Below are positions 56,901 to 60,408 of a stretch of DNA of 64,000 bases, one piece after another. The notes below the pieces were generated by a model. It was not told the origin of the DNA and ran no database searches. It worked only from the letters and a program-made list of their open reading frames with translations. Within the stretch, counting starts at the first letter, position 1; each line of letters begins with the position of its first letter. The stretch is from Cenarchaeum sp. (GTDB lineage: Archaea > Thermoproteota > Nitrososphaeria > Nitrososphaerales > Nitrosopumilaceae). The position numbers and the translations under genes are program-made. The stretch covers positions 1,344,001-1,408,000 of the forward strand of contig CBDESU010000001.1 in NCBI GenBank assembly GCA_965242695.1. The letters run 5' to 3'.

Positions 56901-57381
56901 CGTTGGGATGGAAGACCTGGACCGTGTTGCAGGTACTGTCGCCGCTGCCGACTGCGATCATCCCGTCCGACGCGATGGCGACGCCCTCGGGGCGGTTGAA
57001 CTGCCCGGTGCCGCAGCCCGCCGTATCCCCACCGATCTTGAAGGCGAACGTCCCGTTGGGGTAGAACACCTGGACGCGGTGGAGCTCGTCGTCGGCGGCG
57101 ACGATTATCCCGTACGGGTGTATGTCGACGGCCCGCGCGTCGTTGAACTGCCCGTCTCCGGTGCCGGTTCCCCCGACCGTGAAGTTGTACGTGTCGCGCG
57201 GGTGGAAGACTAGGATGTCATCTGTGTTGACCGAGGTCACCGCAATGGCCTCGCCGGCGGCATGCGCGGCCGGGACGGCGGCAACGGCAACGGCGCAGGC
57301 CAGCACGGCCAGCGCGGCAGCGGCGGCAAGCGAGGGCCGGCGGGCCGGCGGGGCCCGCAGGGGCCGCGAGGACGCCGTCAT
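35956..57381 (-). CDS. Giant surface protein (~7,140 aa): NHL repeats, LVIVD-like propeller, dozens of Ig-like repeats, HLTLF domain, CFI-box-CTERM anchor
   Basis: Signal peptide; GQFNRPEGVAI/NNRIQVF NHL repeats; YAVV...GVQIIDVTDP blades; ~100-aa 'LADGQ.P.I.SA.VTG.N.LTI.YSEPV' repeats; GGGCLVATAAYGTELAPQVQALREYRD plus a TM segment. Confidence 0.92.
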   Translation of the reverse strand: MTASSRPLRAPPARRPSLAAAAALAVLACAVAVAAVPAAHAAGEAIAVTSVNTDDILVFHPRDTYNFTVGGTGTGDGQFNDARAVDIHPYGIIVAADDELHRVQVFYPNGTFAFKIGGDTAGCGTGQFNRPEGVAIASDGMIAVGSGDSTCNTVQVFHPNGTHAFTLGTPAASPANGRFDRVHGVDFGPNGMLAVAQSRSDRVQVFHSDGTFAFRFGTAGPRIGEFSAPFDVAFLPNGGFAVVDRGAHQVHIFDSGRTHVNSIGHSFRAPGSNDGQFRNPEGVAAGPGGLLAVADKENNRIQVFDSGNNLVYKIQHASGLPGAFTLPQGVAFAPADAHLATAIVTGVSSPDADAAYTPGSNINITVSFNASVAVAGTPALALSTSPPRNATYAGGNGTNMLHFTYAVEPGDSAAGLEYAGMASLLLDGGLADIWPAGDAAGAASPVLPHPGTAGSLGQTSDIRLRDAVRVTGVTTTSANGTYGENSEIIIRIAYEDPVTVSGAPELVLATDPKAYAVYTGPTGSPTAVLNFTYTVGDHGETAARLAYNGTGALSLPDDNADSILDSLGNPVSRTLPVPGSEGSLSHSSNIAIDASDPVGPGAGRLAAPVILTPPATVAATPHVIEGVAAPGSDVTLYNNGIRGAATVRADPVSGWWNSSEVLSNGTNTFTASVSAPGGAESHSSPVTITLDTTPPPVPTILNPNGETAPSRMHVIRGTAEPGVLVEVYVGGELARAAPAHYSSGHWFIQVLLAPGANTITARTVDALGNPSGYATLSVSGPTGPPPTKTLEVPPKVISDVNDDDGKASLLQPRDVKTFEHNGKAYAVVASGLGPGIQVVDFTDPYKPVPVALLESTRGYGQSVDIEIFTAGGARLAAVTSGAPGSPGGVELVDLSNPASPSFVNNAEHPKYGQTYTENTSLKYPELLGARDASVFTRTVNGQERTYLIVVSDYGPVREHPGGFQIIDVTTPAAPASISSNHGIVRDENGAHVATRPAESIPWMTPGSRYDLNTVRSDVVARFDSAGDPVAVAVNVTLPGYEGRKFALPTEGLWGAGEDLNPWRIPPFTIVQVANSTNRTVSLTNSSGAGPVTIHSPDDCPPEPDPSAPIPIVCGGQYLLVVVNNNDTLADTSDDYIDTVYRDAFHGAYSYPIAKMIGGKLLAVGVGEAPLAMRGVDADGNLFESLEGARSVDTFTDGSGNTYAVVAAPLSNAVTIINVTDPYSPTVASTAVDGPVFDRLEGATAVKTASVGGRTYAVVSSDAAPYKSALGDDGVQIIDVTDPARPARTASIADADGRKRTEFSMLGGARAVDTFVQGQKTYAVVSATGDDGFQIIDITDPSSPGPADRGHDGSQCSTAAKYRSLGGTIATDTLAFGGRLYAVAAAVDDDGIQVVDITDPDRLVALGTASDERGGFSELHKPISAEAVEIRGRTYVLVASYYEYEGPWDGSGTQTKGYEGGVQIIEVTDPSQPLPTAALQHSDRSKLTSLLVGVRYIDTFAIGGRTYAIITADDVHGHTLSDDRGAFLIADISNPERPRYVSGMRDGEPDARGNRFDMLNAPAGVETAVIDGRTYAVIAARGPYENNKHGVQIVDVTNPASPLVAASIVDDEHGGTGGYTTLERALGVDIVQIGTGWYALVAAIRDNGVQVINITNPYSPSATFSIVESGDPKVELTGAHRIKAFKHGDGTYAIVTAKIGHSLQMLNITDPTVAPVPLEKVTDDVNHGAGREFTELRGAYDVDTFTLEGVPYAASTCHSSVPPCNGVQIINMDDPGRITTPTHIWDGLHGASNIAGARGIATFTVDGSVHMAVTGYEENATEFMRLTTFTDAAKPSVVGVQVNTERGILYVTFSERVDKSSADLSLITVHNGSAGDTPVPLTGAQVDGTTRPRTVEIALTGDQLAAVLNQQTLRLTFGDGAFDDVSGNSNRLAGSVAPEIVTSRPALLEARLDLGTGELELAFTEPVDPATANLSKIAVYSPDAPRVQYGPSSALLRQESDSEVVVVLGEGARQAAIAFAASPLVDVLDGAVNSSVTGRPSEEYRASPLYALVPDRVDPVLLSAVLAGDALTLAFSEHVNVDASAFKLDQMRLRDRAGGAGFSLAGASVSTTVNGTHVVVRLNSTQAGTAALYSNPVLSMSFSHDTLSAVQDLSGRGIGSVEIAVSLAGGVPGFSAHAVAPDAIRVLFGARVTSAGTNPGTTWTLGGPDAEGLTVSSFGAVNNAASVVLGLSGNLSSTRPDITLTYNPEVGDIVDGNGVEVDGTAVPVSDGIAPVVVRAVVNDDSPSDCAVVVTYSEGVRTGQGAYKNATIVYPIAFGGNTHIGTFNGLSGDGSERHVVDLTCAYSPDVASTASLLADPREIEDLDGNKLGTGESVVIEAGDGQGPYLSSKALVLGNNVTLIYEDPTFAPDSAYLRVELDPGGIREILTVDGSGTETHTINFRGPAPAPTASAWIHINDTLVLDDVSNPRGRATEKREGLANALPYLVAPQSAEITGPSNVTIRFVAPVELPGKDAYVEGSSPTLNIGGSARDTSDPHRGPAADTWTFSFDPPAPPNATGWIEFDWIQNLGGGSSNITLSDGQRPKIVSAMITGPNNATIRYDEPVTAGLGAYVDVMLQAGSARNVDTVSGSSTDTHTLYFDIESGSAAPNATGTLSGIASALTDAAGNSLGPSSLPRSLTDGQAPYIVSARITEGPYATIRYSEPVTAPHAAYGPMGIGAEAPARPSAVDSGNGTARHTITIGGDYHAAAQAPNATGTVVLETADIEDAGGNDLVGPGTRVLEDGRPPGVHWARITDGNVLAVNYTEPVSAQEANVYTIWIGSTDRTGRNIVGDGTPLHTVTFDGTAVPPGSGAGNVTIDGARVSDLAAEPPNPLGDGPQNYTTSDDRPVVVTSARVTGPGVVTVLYEYHGNFPNQYTGFSIDGGEQTIESYDTTVPGTVVLGFRPSAVSPNSTGWIVIDGQNHTVIDGQSPSALGATAESRNAIRVAFDEPLLPLNAGGDGGWTVSGADSGGSAVTYRTIDSAAPTELVLTLGGGGLASDSPMAALRYEAGDPIVDQATNALEDRPASDEIAVADGIAPRIEDARITGGSEATVWYSEDVSAQPGAYTVDVDGEAASRPSASVRDGDGTERHVISFAGDRIEDTDATGMLTLDAALLLDDSRNELAGGPTVDLEDGRPPEVVSANVTAGNTLTVGYSEPVEAPQSAYFDIVVNGTARSNDGLDGDRTDTHRITFNGSAVVPANATGSVAINGSRVFDLAAAPNPLDDDVQELDIPFGHVPEIISARITGNGTVEIRYTKSVTVPDTAYDMLSIDGSGRTIQKPLSVNGSREHIISFTPADAQPNSTGTIRIAEAAVLDRTGEALGNSTKTRDLADGQDPLVVDATAVGLDRILVRFNEPVNATGVTGAGGWSVDRTDPAGLSVLSVSSDLADGTDELEIALDGNFSTTAPGDAELSYDDTAGLTDAAGNALVLASAEDVLDGIAPVLVRAVITDPDYITVEYSEPVEDTGGAYSTVTLDRGGLQTVNPPATGRSDVHTIPFATPGAASYTGETGRLPITNRALIVDAAGNALGAGRLEYPLADGQPPVFNWAAVRNATSVLVNYSEPVTADASAYSDLRFNDGTTRTFTDLEDNRTSSHVVVFAGADAPADSMGSMVIDETAVFDLAMPPIGLGDVEAKRINLENDTRMPAMVSARVTGGDEITIRYTRAVTALDSHYTNVVVGGVGRTVYGLAGGDGDGSATHTITFRPGGAAANATGTMDVDEAAIQSMGGGAVGPGPGLAGWNLADGQPPTIVRASVVSRSAEDDKARILVEFDEPVRDRDSGGGTGADGWSVSGGDAATAGVDVESRTNIGDYPAPQLTLTLTGALPGDNPTGVQLSYAKAGMHPVTDLSENELASVASRGVADGIVPFVKSANLTGDREVTITYNEPVGAPREAYANVSLAGGTTLEIASIAANTTAEHVLTLDGDAAVPRGSQGNVTINASAVADYADPPNRMGVGYSVEAVSDSRSISVLASMVTGPGNLTVRFSAAAVQLEHGELSIDGTIRNVTDYTGGGTDRHVILFDGDDAPPNAAGWFVIDPLGTLVGRENLTLTDGQAPGIESATAVSRGEIRVLFDEDVSDSGGGAGGWSVSGADTGTAGLMVLSRAALPGDPRTVVLALSGNLRDTVPDAVEVSYDQDSGSALDTAGNELNSTAVGVADGMAPEVVSARITGGNNLTITYSEPVTRPSGAYSNLVLSPGGSRAATGPTGAADTTHVITFTGAEAATSAEGTIDIDQTALADAVGNALGTDSSYSRTLADGQAPEILSANVTGGNNLTITYSEPVTRPSGAYSNLVLSPGGSRAATGPTGAADTTHVITFTGAEAATSAEGTIDIDQTALADAVGNALGTDSSYSRTLADGQAPEILSANVTGGNNLTITYSEPVTRPSGAYSNLVLSPGGSRAATGPTGAADTTHVITFTGAEAATSAEGTIDIDQTALADAVGNALGTDSSYSRTLADGQAPEILSANVTGGNNLTITYSEPVTRPSGAYSNLVLSPGGSRAATGPTGAADTTHVITFTGAEAATSAEGTIDIDQTALADAVGNALGTDSSYSRTLADGQAPEILSANVTGGNNLTITYSEPVTRPSGAYSNLVLSPGGSRAATGPTGAADTTHVITFTGAEAATSAEGTIDIDQTALADAVGNALGTDSSYSRTLADGQAPEILSANVTGGNNLTITYSEPVTRPSGAYSNLVLSPGGSRAATGPTGAADTTHVITFTGAEAATSAEGTIDIDQTALADAVGNALGTDSSYSRTLADGQAPEILSANVTGGNNLTITYSEPVTRPSGAYSNLVLSPGGSRAATGPTGAADAAHVITFTGAEAATSAEGTIDIDQTALADAVGNALGTDSSYSRTLADGQAPEILSANVTGGNTLTITYSEPVKKVQSAYTNLVLSPGGPRMLTGLPGPIHESHSITFHGNSVPTNATGTMDVDGGALADAAGIALGTGTLPQTLLDSQRPTVERTAVTGGNNLTVRYSEAVNASEGAYSGLVIGTTNPRVTGFTGNTTDTHVVTFDGDPAPLRVTGSLTIDGAAVLDRASPYPNSMGAGTEMFTLTDYRAPSIISAEVTGSGNVTITYSRTVTAQQSDYSSLVIDGAARAVTGLDGGAGAEAHVIHFTDANATSGATGSIRIAAQNILDENNSPLGTAPLGRPLTDGQAPSVSAATAISLNTIRITFDEPVNASGTSGDGGWFVQGDDAGGLSVSFRADISSRSTVLDLTLSGNLSDTDPTGVSVSYTWGTPTTIRFVDEAGNRLDTSGMVGVADEIKPAVKSAKVTGSGNVTIEYTEPVTQVASAYTNLALTPGGPRAATGPTGAADTTHVITFTTADAATSATGTITVDQTAMADAAGNTLGTSATFSQALDDGQRPAVNSAKVTGSGNVTIEYTEPVTQVASAYTNLALTPGGPRAATGPTGAADTTHVITFTTADAATSATGTITVDQTAMADAAGNTLGTSATFSQALDDGQRPAVNSAKVTGSGNVTIEYTEPVTRVASAYTNLALTPGGPRAATGPSGAADTTHVITFTTADAATSATGTITVDQTAMADAAGNTLGTSATFSQALDDGQRPDVDSARITAGRELTITYSEPVTRVAGAYSNLVLTPGGPRAATGPTGAADTTHVITFDGEPAATSATGTIQVDQTILADAAGNALGTSTAFPQPLSNARAPTVLSANITAGNTITIIYSEPVVRVASAYTNLVLTPGGARTVTGPTGAADAAHVITFDGEPAATSATGTLTVDQTALLDAFGNPLGNNPSYPQDLEDNQRPNVASARITGSGTITITYSEPVVRVASAYSNLVLSPGGARTPTGPTGAPSATHEMTFSAVSATNATGTIDIDQTVLVDGSGNALGTEASYTQRLDDGQRPDIVRAIIAGGNSVTVMYDEPVAAEVGAYKGLAFSPGGTRTFTSLDGSSTPTHVVTFGGDPAPPDANGTITIDATAVLDLAAPPANSLGTNANRMEELVDERNPSIEWARVTGPGTATIKYDRPVTAPQSAYSMLVVDGANRTIGTLEGSGMARHLLNFDPAGAPPNATGSVRIDETAVLNDLGGHLGTGQRTETLADGQNPSISAAAAVSLDTIRVEFDEPVSAAGTDGAGGWSVSGGDAAGLSVESRSDISGGSAVLVLALDGSLPDTRPDGVVLSYDGGLLVLDAGGNEPRPDTQVAVADGIAPGIISAAVTGPNSATVRYTEPVSAGADPPAYADLVLEPGGARAITDFTAGAAEDHAIEFAGAPALPGTTGTVAIDGALVLDRAGNAMPGGRIAQQLDDGQAPPTRVQASASASFTSPNEVTVEYSAALGAPRGHSGPVYGGIVVEYPNGSVQSVRDAISESGIGTAEHTVRFAGAPVGPGQGGSINLLAALEASVIGANNTLAVFDNDTIPVDAAAEGLDRVVVPPSEPVRVVEIDPDRFERIVDATSSGESARPAINVTGLAPPAGAPPGEGGTAMFPAGAPVAVVASFAEVSFPPNVTATALPADGVLELYVAPEPVNATGVANAFAGAFGHNDTTRISVGRVVEVGDPGTHIVFDLPVRILLSGQAGGHAFYVNTTGGNATVTPIGARCDADDTGAVHAQLGGSGECQIDSADNRDKVIHTYHLTLFGTVRDASAPPPPPQPPVVVVVPPGGQQPPGGQQPPGGVPFFGGGGGGGGRGGGGGGGGGGGSPLPAGPSAVVLHSATWDCTEGTVRIVVGGAAPDPTVTVLSSGGSEEAELVLERGASGMAVYEAALPEDLILSIRAVSADGRAVSTASEVVRTGGACAGEAAFGQEDGGGMGAGAAAPDAAAGIGDAGAGTGAAPSAAPGAAVAEPEPDAEPGADAGDGGAAAEPRQPAAEAEPGAGDVGGRPAFEMEEGRGAAYYVKRYAEQAEYREWFGAAYPQYADVCEAVGAAAGCVEAHLEAAAAGSAGEPAEIVCRDGMVLSGGRCVPDADAAPGAEPRDADAAPEPDDPEGGGCLVATAAYGTELAPQVQALREYRDATLMATGHGKAAMSAFSAVYYAFSPHVADLEREHPAVREATAALLAPLLHALQVAAMADPDSEASVAAHGAAAVLLAAGMYIGAPAAGAWVAVRAVSRGRSGQAARAGRWVGRPA
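40530..41418. repeat. 300-bp coding tandem repeat, ~3 near-identical copies
   Basis: Shadow ORFs recur at 40625, 40925 and 41225. Confidence 0.9.
42594..44734. repeat. 300-bp coding tandem repeat, ~7 near-identical copies
   Basis: Exact 300-bp period (shadow ORFs at 42698, 42998...44498). Confidence 0.95.
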
Positions 57382-58297
57382 ACCCCCTCCTCCCCCGCCG
57401 CCGCGCGCGGCCCGGCCGCCTCCCGGGGAGCGCCGCACGGGCGCATCACCGCGCCTCGCACGGCCGGCGGCATGCCGCCCCCCCCCCCCTAGACAGAGAG
57501 TTCACGGCGCGGCGTGGCCGCCCCCTGTTATATAAGAAAATGGCAGGGTCTCACGCCTGCGGGCCGCACCAGGGCGGGTCCGGAACGGCTGTACGGGGGC
57601 CACCCGGGGAGGGAGGAGGGCAGGGCAGGAAGGAGGGGCACACACCCCCGCGCGCCGCCCGCGGCGGGCGGGCGGACGTGGAGGAGGGACGCCGGCGGAC
57701 GGGCGGGCAGGCATGCGGGCCCTCTTCCCGCCGCCGCCGGCGCCCCCGGGATCGCCCGGTGCGGCAGGGTGCCCGAAGGGGGGCCGGTGCGCGAGGGGCT
57801 GCGGGCGGAGCAGAGGCCGCATCGATCAGCGCTGCATCCACAGGGCAGGGCATGCGGAGCGCGGGGACAAGCGTGCCAGGGGGATGCGCGGCGCGCAGGG
57901 GCGCGGGCGGAGCAGAGGCCGCGCCGCGGGATGCCCCGGCCGGGGCCCGGCCGCGCGGGGCACGAATGCCCGGCGCGCGGCCCGGAGCGCCGGGGAGGGC
58001 GCAGGGCCGCGGCGCTTGGCCACGGCGGCTTGCCAGTACCGGCCCCGACATCGCGCTGCCATGCAGGAAGGCGCAGAGCGGCAGCGCGCGGGCGCGGCGG
58101 CCCTTTCCAGCCCCCCACTTGCAGGCCGGCGGGCGGCCGTGCGGGCAATCTTGCGCGGGGCGCGCGGAACGGGGCGCGGCCAAGAGACGCGAGGGCAGAA
58201 CCGGCGCGGCTGCCCGCGGCCCCGCCCTGCGCGGCGGCCCGCCCCTCCGGTTTCGCGCCCCGCTAGATTTACATGGCAGGGGCATCCGGCGCCGGCC

Positions 58298-59266
58298 ATG
58301 AGCCATGTGCGCATCGCCGCCTGCATCGCGGCGGTGGCGGCGGTTGTCGCGGCCGCAATTCCGCTCCTGGCCGAAGAGGCGCATGCGCAGCAGGAGGGCG
58401 AGCGGGTGCCGGCGTGGGTAAAGCAGGTCTTTGGGTTCTACGTCGACGGGCAGATATCCGAGGGCGAGCTCCTCGGCGCCCTAAAGTACCTCATAGAGAA
58501 CGGCATCATGGAGGTCGCAGAGCCCGGGGACCGCGGCATTGCCGACAGGGGCGACTTTTACGTAGAGTACGGCCCCAACCCGAACTCGCCGTACGTGGAG
58601 AGCGACACGGCCGCGGCGTGGCTAAAGGACACGCGCCTGTTCGACGACAATGCGGAGTGGCTCAACTCCGTATACAGGCTCCCGTACGACGTCAGGGTCA
58701 GAGGGGAGGAGTGCGGCACGGAGAACGCGTTCTACATCCCGGGCAAAAAGGCGATTAGAATGTGCTACGAGCTCGTCGATGCCGCCTTTAGGGCCGGCGA
58801 TGCCGTGTACGGCGGCGATCCAGAGGCGGCCGACGAGTTCGCCTACAACGTCGTAGACGGCATCATGATGCACGAGGTCGGGCATGCACTCGTCGACGTG
58901 TACGACCTTCCGACGACCGGCATGGAGGAGGATGCGGTCGACCAGTTCAGCGCCCTCATACAGTCGCGGACGTACGGCGACTACGATCCCTACTACGAGA
59001 CGGGGCGGAACATGATGCTCGACATGGCCGGATGGTGGGACTACATGTCGCAGTATACGGAGGCCCCATACTGGGCAGTCCACTCGCTCAACGAGCAGAG
59101 GTTCTACAACCTTGCATGCTACGTGTACGGGGCCGACCCAGAGTACAACCGGGACCTGCTCGGCTTCGACTACCTCCCGCACAGCAGGGCAAAGACCTGC
59201 CCCGGCGAGTACGAGCGGATGTCGTCGAGCTGGGATCGGCTCCTGGACGGGTACCTGGTCGAGTAG
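58298..59266 (+). CDS. Secreted DUF4344-like zinc metallopeptidase with a thaumarchaeal N-terminal 'PAWVK' domain
   Basis: Signal peptide; VPAWVKQVFGFYVDGQISEGELLGALKYLIENGIM; CGTENAFY, HEVGH, EEDAVDQF and HSLNEQRFYN. Confidence 0.9.
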   Translation: MSHVRIAACIAAVAAVVAAAIPLLAEEAHAQQEGERVPAWVKQVFGFYVDGQISEGELLGALKYLIENGIMEVAEPGDRGIADRGDFYVEYGPNPNSPYVESDTAAAWLKDTRLFDDNAEWLNSVYRLPYDVRVRGEECGTENAFYIPGKKAIRMCYELVDAAFRAGDAVYGGDPEAADEFAYNVVDGIMMHEVGHALVDVYDLPTTGMEEDAVDQFSALIQSRTYGDYDPYYETGRNMMLDMAGWWDYMSQYTEAPYWAVHSLNEQRFYNLACYVYGADPEYNRDLLGFDYLPHSRAKTCPGEYERMSSSWDRLLDGYLVE

Positions 59267-59738
59267 GGGCAGTGTGCGGACGGCCCTACTCCATGGCCCC
59301 GACGAGTGCAAGCGCACAAGGGAGCCTGCCGCGGCTCCCACCCGCACGGCCGCTGCAACAGCTGAGAGGGGCGCTGCGGGGGCCGGCAGCGGATCACAGG
59401 CCGCGGATCCGCCGCCCCGGCAGGCTCCGCCCGCGCCTCAAGCGCAGAGCGGCGGCGGCCGCCCGCGGCCCGCACAGGGGGCGGATGCCGCTGCGCGGGC
59501 GCGCTGCCCTGCGGCGCACGGCATGGAGGGAGGGGCCCGCGCCGCGCGCCGCATGCCCGCTCCATCCCCGGCGGCCTACCGCGCGCATGCGCAGCCCGCC
59601 CCGGCCATGACGGCGGGATCCGCGGCCAAGGCAGTCGGCAACCCATGCGGCGGCGCAAGAGCCCGCCCGGCGATGCCGGAATGTAGGTAAAAAAGAGAGG
59701 CGGCGGCGCGGGCGCGAGGCCCGGCCGCCGCGGTGCGG

Positions 59739-59861
59739 CTAGTCCTTGCCCTTGGATCCGCCCCCGGAACGGGAGCTCTTGTAGGCGCTGCTCGTCGGGT
59801 TGAGCTGGTTGGAGTGGTTGACCAAGTCGGCTCGGTCGCCCTTGCCCTGGTATTTCGCCAT
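59739..59861 (-). CDS. 40-aa basic micropeptide MAKYQGKGDRADLVNHSNQLNPTSSAYKSSRSGGGSKGKD
   Basis: Paralog of 60127-60246; CGGGCACGGTTTAAA promoter ~25 nt upstream; T-run downstream. Confidence 0.8.
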   Translation of the reverse strand: MAKYQGKGDRADLVNHSNQLNPTSSAYKSSRSGGGSKGKD

Positions 59862-60126
59862 TGGCTCTAGTGCCCCCCTGCCCCCTTTAAACCGTGCCCG
59901 CCGCGCTGTCGACGCCTGCGGCGCGGGCGCGCGCGGGCGCCGGAATGGACCCTGCGCAGCGCGGCACGCCTCGAAGCCCCGGGATCGCCCCGGGCCGATC
60001 CGGGCTGCAGTGCAGGTGCGGCGGCGAGTTGGGCAGTAGCCTGCGAGGAGTATCCCGGTGCGGTGCGCGCGAGTCGAACAAGAGAAAAAAGGGCGCGGCG
60101 CCGCAGCGCCGCGCAGGGGACGGGGC

Positions 60127-60246
60127 CTAGTCCTCGTCCCCGTCGTCGCCCGAGCGCGAGCTCTCATAGGCGTCGCTGTTCGGGTTGAGCTGGTCTGCAT
60201 GGTTGTCAAGGTCGGCCTTGTCGCCCGTGCCGCTGTATTTCCCCAT
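60127..60246 (-). CDS. 39-aa acidic micropeptide MGKYSGTGDKADLDNHADQLNPNSDAYESSRSGDDGDED
   Basis: Not in the ORF track; CGGGCACGGTTTATA promoter; TTTTTTCTCTT downstream. Confidence 0.8.
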   Translation of the reverse strand: MGKYSGTGDKADLDNHADQLNPNSDAYESSRSGDDGDED

Positions 60247-60269
60247 GCGAGCGCCACGCCCATACCCCG

Positions 60270-60284
60270 TATAAACCGTGCCCG
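60270..60284 (-). promoter_or_regulatory. Shared BRE/TATA promoter motif CGGGCACGGTTTA(T/A)A (second copy ~59886-59900)
   Basis: Near-identical 15-mer at the same distance from both micropeptide ATGs. Confidence 0.7.
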
Positions 60285-60408
60285 ATCGCCTGCGCCGGCC
60301 GCGGCCATGTCACCCGGCGGTCGCTAGGGCGCGCGCAGGTGCAAGGCGGCACGAAGGTTTCAAGGAGGCGCATGCGCACGGCTACCGCAGATCCACTTGC
60401 CGCCGCCG

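Noticed and set aside
57440-58297. ORFs or ncRNA in the GC-rich gap (also 59267-59738 and 62840-63430)
   Set aside because: No codon bias, motif or recognisable RNA fold by eye; the 57713 start over-extends the metallopeptidase.
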